A DNA stretch of 64,000 nt from Candidatus Omnitrophota bacterium (GTDB lineage Bacteria > Omnitrophota > Gorgyraeia > Gygaellales > Profunditerraquicolaceae). Location of the stretch: contig JBAZTA010000003.1 in assembly GCA_041662125.1 (NCBI GenBank), positions 7,992 to 71,991 on the forward strand. Direction: 5' to 3'. This document shows, one piece after another, positions 61,245-64,000 of the stretch. The position numbers and the translations under genes are program-made. Numbering within the stretch: position 1 is the first letter of the stretch; each line of letters begins with the position of its first letter. The notes below the pieces were generated by a model that ran no database searches, had not been told where the DNA came from, and was given only the letters and a program-made list of their open reading frames with translations.

Positions 61245-63031
61245 AATTTTAATACCTCCAAAAATGCTTCTTGCGGGATCTCTATTTTTCCCACTTGTTT
61301 GAGGCGTTTTCTCCCTTTTTTCTGATTTTCCCAGAGTTTGCGTTTTCGGGTGATGTCTCCCCCTGAACATCTGCTCGTTACATTCTTGCCCATGGGGCGG
61401 ATCTTTTCAGATGCCAGTATCTGGCTGCCGACTGTTGCCTGGATTGAGATTTCATAGAGTTGCCGGGGGATCAATTCTTTGAGTTTCTTGACCAGCGCGT
61501 GTGCCTTGGCATAAGCTTTTTCTTTGCAGATCAGCATGGAGAATGCGTCACAGACCACCGAGTTCAACATAATATCGAGTTTAACCAGTTGCGTTGCGCA
61601 ATAGTCTTTAAATTCATAATCAAGAGAGCCGTATCCTTTGGTCAAGGATTTAATCCTGTCATAAAAATCAACGATTATCTCAGAAAGCGGGATATTAAAA
61701 ACGAGTTTAACTCTATCGATACCCAGATATTCGGTTGAGTGAAATGTTCCCCTGCGTGATTTTACAAATTCACATACCACTTCAATGGATTCTACCGGTA
61801 TAATGGTTAAGAGGCTTACATAGGGTTCAAAGGATTCCGCGATATCTCCAGCGATAAATTTTGCCGGCGTATCGATATCAAGGATCTGCCCGTCTTTATT
61901 CTTGATCCGGTAAACGACATTAGGAACGGTAAGGATCAGATTTAAGTCGTATTCGCGTTCCAGCCGCTCCTGGACGATCTCCATATGGAGAAGCCCCAGA
62001 AATCCGCAGCGAAATCCTGAACCGAATGATTGGCTGTTTTCCGGTTCGAACTGGAATGACGCGTCTGAGAGTTTGAGTTTATCCATTGCTTCCCGTAAAC
62101 TGGTGAAATCTCCCGGGTTTACCGGGTAAATCCCGCAAAAAACGAGCGGTTTCAAGGTGCGGTATCCGGGTAACGGCGCGTCACAGGGATTTTTTATGTC
62201 AGTGATGGTATCGCCAATGATAATTTCACGAGGGTCTCGTATATTTGCGATAAAATAACCTACTTCCCCGCAGGTTAACTCATCGACTTTGGAATATTTA
62301 AGGTTAAAGGTTCCGATCTCTTCTAATTTGTAGATCTTCCCTGAGTGCATCATAATGATCTGTGAGCCGGCAGTGATTTTTCCGTCAACAACCCTGACAA
62401 AGACAACTACCCCGCGGTAGGGGTCAAAACGACAGTCAAAGATCAGCGCTTTTAAAGGATTGCTGATGACCCCCGGCGGAGCAGGGATGACTTTGATCAC
62501 TTCCTCAAAGATCTCTTTGATGCCGATCCCCTCTTTTGCCGAAGCCAAGAGTATTTCTTCGTCTTTATACCCTAAAACCGAAATGATCTGGTTTTTCGTG
62601 CGAGGGATATCTACGGTGTTAAGATCAATCTTGTTTATCAGAGGTATTACCGCCAGGTTTTTATCCATCGCTAAATAGTAATTAGCCACGGTTTGCGCTT
62701 CTATTCCCTGACCGGCGTCAACGACCAAAATAGCGCCTTCGCATGCCGCAAGTGATTTTGATACTTCATAGGTGAAATCGACATGGCCGGGAGTATCAAT
62801 AAGGTTAAAAATATACTCTTTTCCGTCTTTGGCAGTATAGGGGAGCCGGACAGTTGAGGCTTTGATCGTGATCCCCCGCTCTCTTTCCAGGTCCATATCG
62901 TCTAACATCTGGTCGTGAGAGTTGCGTTTATCAATGACTCCGGTGATCTCCAGCATCCGGTCAGCCAGGGTTGATTTTCCGTGGTCAATGTGAGCGATGA
63001 TACTGAAATTGCGAATACGTGATTGGTCCAT
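61241..63031 (-). CDS. lepA: Elongation factor 4
   Basis: NFSIIAHIDHGKSTLADR G-domain and the LepA-specific C-terminal domain. Confidence 0.95.
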   Translation of the reverse strand: MDQSRIRNFSIIAHIDHGKSTLADRMLEITGVIDKRNSHDQMLDDMDLERERGITIKASTVRLPYTAKDGKEYIFNLIDTPGHVDFTYEVSKSLAACEGAILVVDAGQGIEAQTVANYYLAMDKNLAVIPLINKIDLNTVDIPRTKNQIISVLGYKDEEILLASAKEGIGIKEIFEEVIKVIPAPPGVISNPLKALIFDCRFDPYRGVVVFVRVVDGKITAGSQIIMMHSGKIYKLEEIGTFNLKYSKVDELTCGEVGYFIANIRDPREIIIGDTITDIKNPCDAPLPGYRTLKPLVFCGIYPVNPGDFTSLREAMDKLKLSDASFQFEPENSQSFGSGFRCGFLGLLHMEIVQERLEREYDLNLILTVPNVVYRIKNKDGQILDIDTPAKFIAGDIAESFEPYVSLLTIIPVESIEVVCEFVKSRRGTFHSTEYLGIDRVKLVFNIPLSEIIVDFYDRIKSLTKGYGSLDYEFKDYCATQLVKLDIMLNSVVCDAFSMLICKEKAYAKAHALVKKLKELIPRQLYEISIQATVGSQILASEKIRPMGKNVTSRCSGGDITRKRKLWENQKKGRKRLKQVGKIEIPQEAFLEVLKL

Positions 63032-63037
63032 AAATAT

Positions 63038-63724
63038 CTATGAGTGGCTTTGCGAAGGAGCGGCTTTGGCCGTTATCTTTTTTAATAATTTCTCTACTAC
63101 TTTTTCGATGCTCATATGTGTTGTGTCTATGTAGATGGCGTCAAAAGCTCTTTTAAGCGGAGCGCATTTTCTCGTCGAATCAATAGTGTCGCGGTTACTC
63201 AGGTCAGAGGCGACATCGGTGACTGTTACCCCTTTTATTTTTAAGTCTTTCATGTCTTTATACCGGCGTTGTACCCGTTCATCAAATTGCGCGTCGATAA
63301 AAAACTTAATATCGGCATCAGGGAATACCACGGTGCCGATATCCCTTCCTTCGAGGATACAGTTATGTTTTTTTCCGACCTGCCGCTGGAGCTGGAGCAT
63401 GATCTTGCGCACGCCGGGAATTTTGGCGATATCCGAAACATGCTGCGTGATCTGCGGCTGGCGTATTTCCCGGGAAACATCCCGCTCGTCAAGGTAAACT
63501 TTTAACGGCCCGTTTGCCGCTTCCCGCAGGTCTATTTTTGTTTTCCGCGCTAAAGCGGCAACAGAGCGGCTTTTCTTAATATCGGTTTTTGTCTCCAGTG
63601 CTTTAAGCGTAAGGGCGCGGTACATTGCCCCTGTATCTATATGCAAAAAACCCAATTTTTTCGCTAATGATTTTGTTACGGTACTTTTTCCTGAACCGGC
63701 AGGCCCGTCAATAGCGATGATCAT
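63038..63724 (-). CDS. cmk: Cytidylate kinase
   Basis: IIAIDGPAGSGKSTV P-loop and the Cmk family pattern. Confidence 0.9.
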   Translation of the reverse strand: MIIAIDGPAGSGKSTVTKSLAKKLGFLHIDTGAMYRALTLKALETKTDIKKSRSVAALARKTKIDLREAANGPLKVYLDERDVSREIRQPQITQHVSDIAKIPGVRKIMLQLQRQVGKKHNCILEGRDIGTVVFPDADIKFFIDAQFDERVQRRYKDMKDLKIKGVTVTDVASDLSNRDTIDSTRKCAPLKRAFDAIYIDTTHMSIEKVVEKLLKKITAKAAPSQSHS

Positions 63725-64000
63725 TTCAGGATGCCTCGTTTGTTTTTTGCTTTTTCAAGCAGGGCGATGAGCTTTCTCTTGTCGTTTCTGCGTATTGCTG
63801 ACTGAAAAAGCGCAAGGTTTTCTTGAAATATTTTTATCGTCTTCTCGAGGTTAACGCGATTAGTTAAAAATATATCAGCCCAAAGCTCGGGCTCTGAAGA
63901 GGCAACGCGCGTTGTATCACGCAGGCTGTTAGGCGCGATTGGCAGATATTGAGAGGGGACGGCATTTATTAATGCAAAAGCGATAATATGGGGAAAATGG
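63721..64000 (-). CDS. tyrA: Prephenate/arogenate dehydrogenase, C-terminal part (truncated by window edge). Not in the ORF track
   Basis: Hand translation gives ...HFPHIIAFALINAVPSQYLPIAPNSLRDTTRVASSEPELWADIFLTNRVNLEK...KRGILK*. It carries the TyrA HxPHxxAFAL and ELWxDIF motifs. The stop overlaps the cmk ATG (ATGA). Confidence 0.6.
   Translation of the reverse strand, partial: HFPHIIAFALINAVPSQYLPIAPNSLRDTTRVASSEPELWADIFLTNRVNLEKTIKIFQENLALFQSAIRRNDKRKLIALLEKAKNKRGILK

Overview
This 64 kb window reads as a chromosomal segment from a low-GC (about 40%) Gram-negative bacterium, probably an uncultivated lineage. The Gram-negative call rests on the heptose-LPS genes gmhA and rfaE, the plsY-pgsA-lepB-lepA-cmk block, and secretin/T2SS-like genes. 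Coding density is high and most genes can be named from motifs visible in the ORF translations.

The left 19 kb is an accessory surface-polysaccharide / PEP-CTERM-exosortase neighbourhood:
- a secretin, a GspC-like PDZ protein and a GspE ATPase;
- an exosortase and an EpsI-like protein;
- a priming sugar transferase with an embedded PEP-CTERM-like segment, followed by two classic PEP-CTERM proteins;
- a TPR lipoprotein, a GAF-histidine kinase and a sigma-54 activator (PrsK/PrsR-like);
- a PocR+GAF sensor and rpoN;
- an N-acyl-amino-acid-synthase-like GNAT protein next to a tri-domain AMP-ligase/ACP/PlsC fusion.

Next comes a small AT-rich island carrying a free-standing double-motif LAGLIDADG protein and a small HTH gene. 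After it sits a lexA-orf-Y-family polymerase SOS operon whose promoter has a palindrome in its spacer.

The middle of the window is housekeeping: aroB, aroQ, thiC/thiE, gmhA/rfaE, pfk, accBC, efp, pepP, rpsU, and a tRNA-Gly(CCC). Mixed in are signalling genes (two PilZ, one HD-GYP) and some conserved hypotheticals, including a radical SAM and a MEMO-like protein.

The right third has a 1083-aa orphan protein and a structured intergenic region. It also has a four-gene operon of secreted proteins that share a C-terminal G-x-Y-x-G...T-L strand motif, together with a 930-aa TPR/beta-barrel outer-membrane protein; this may be a new pilus-like assembly locus. The window ends with plsY-pgsA-lepB-lepA-cmk and a partial tyrA.

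A family of palindromic REP-like repeats (core AAGACCSGGTCTT) marks five intergenic sites. All calls are from reading the sequence; no database search was run.
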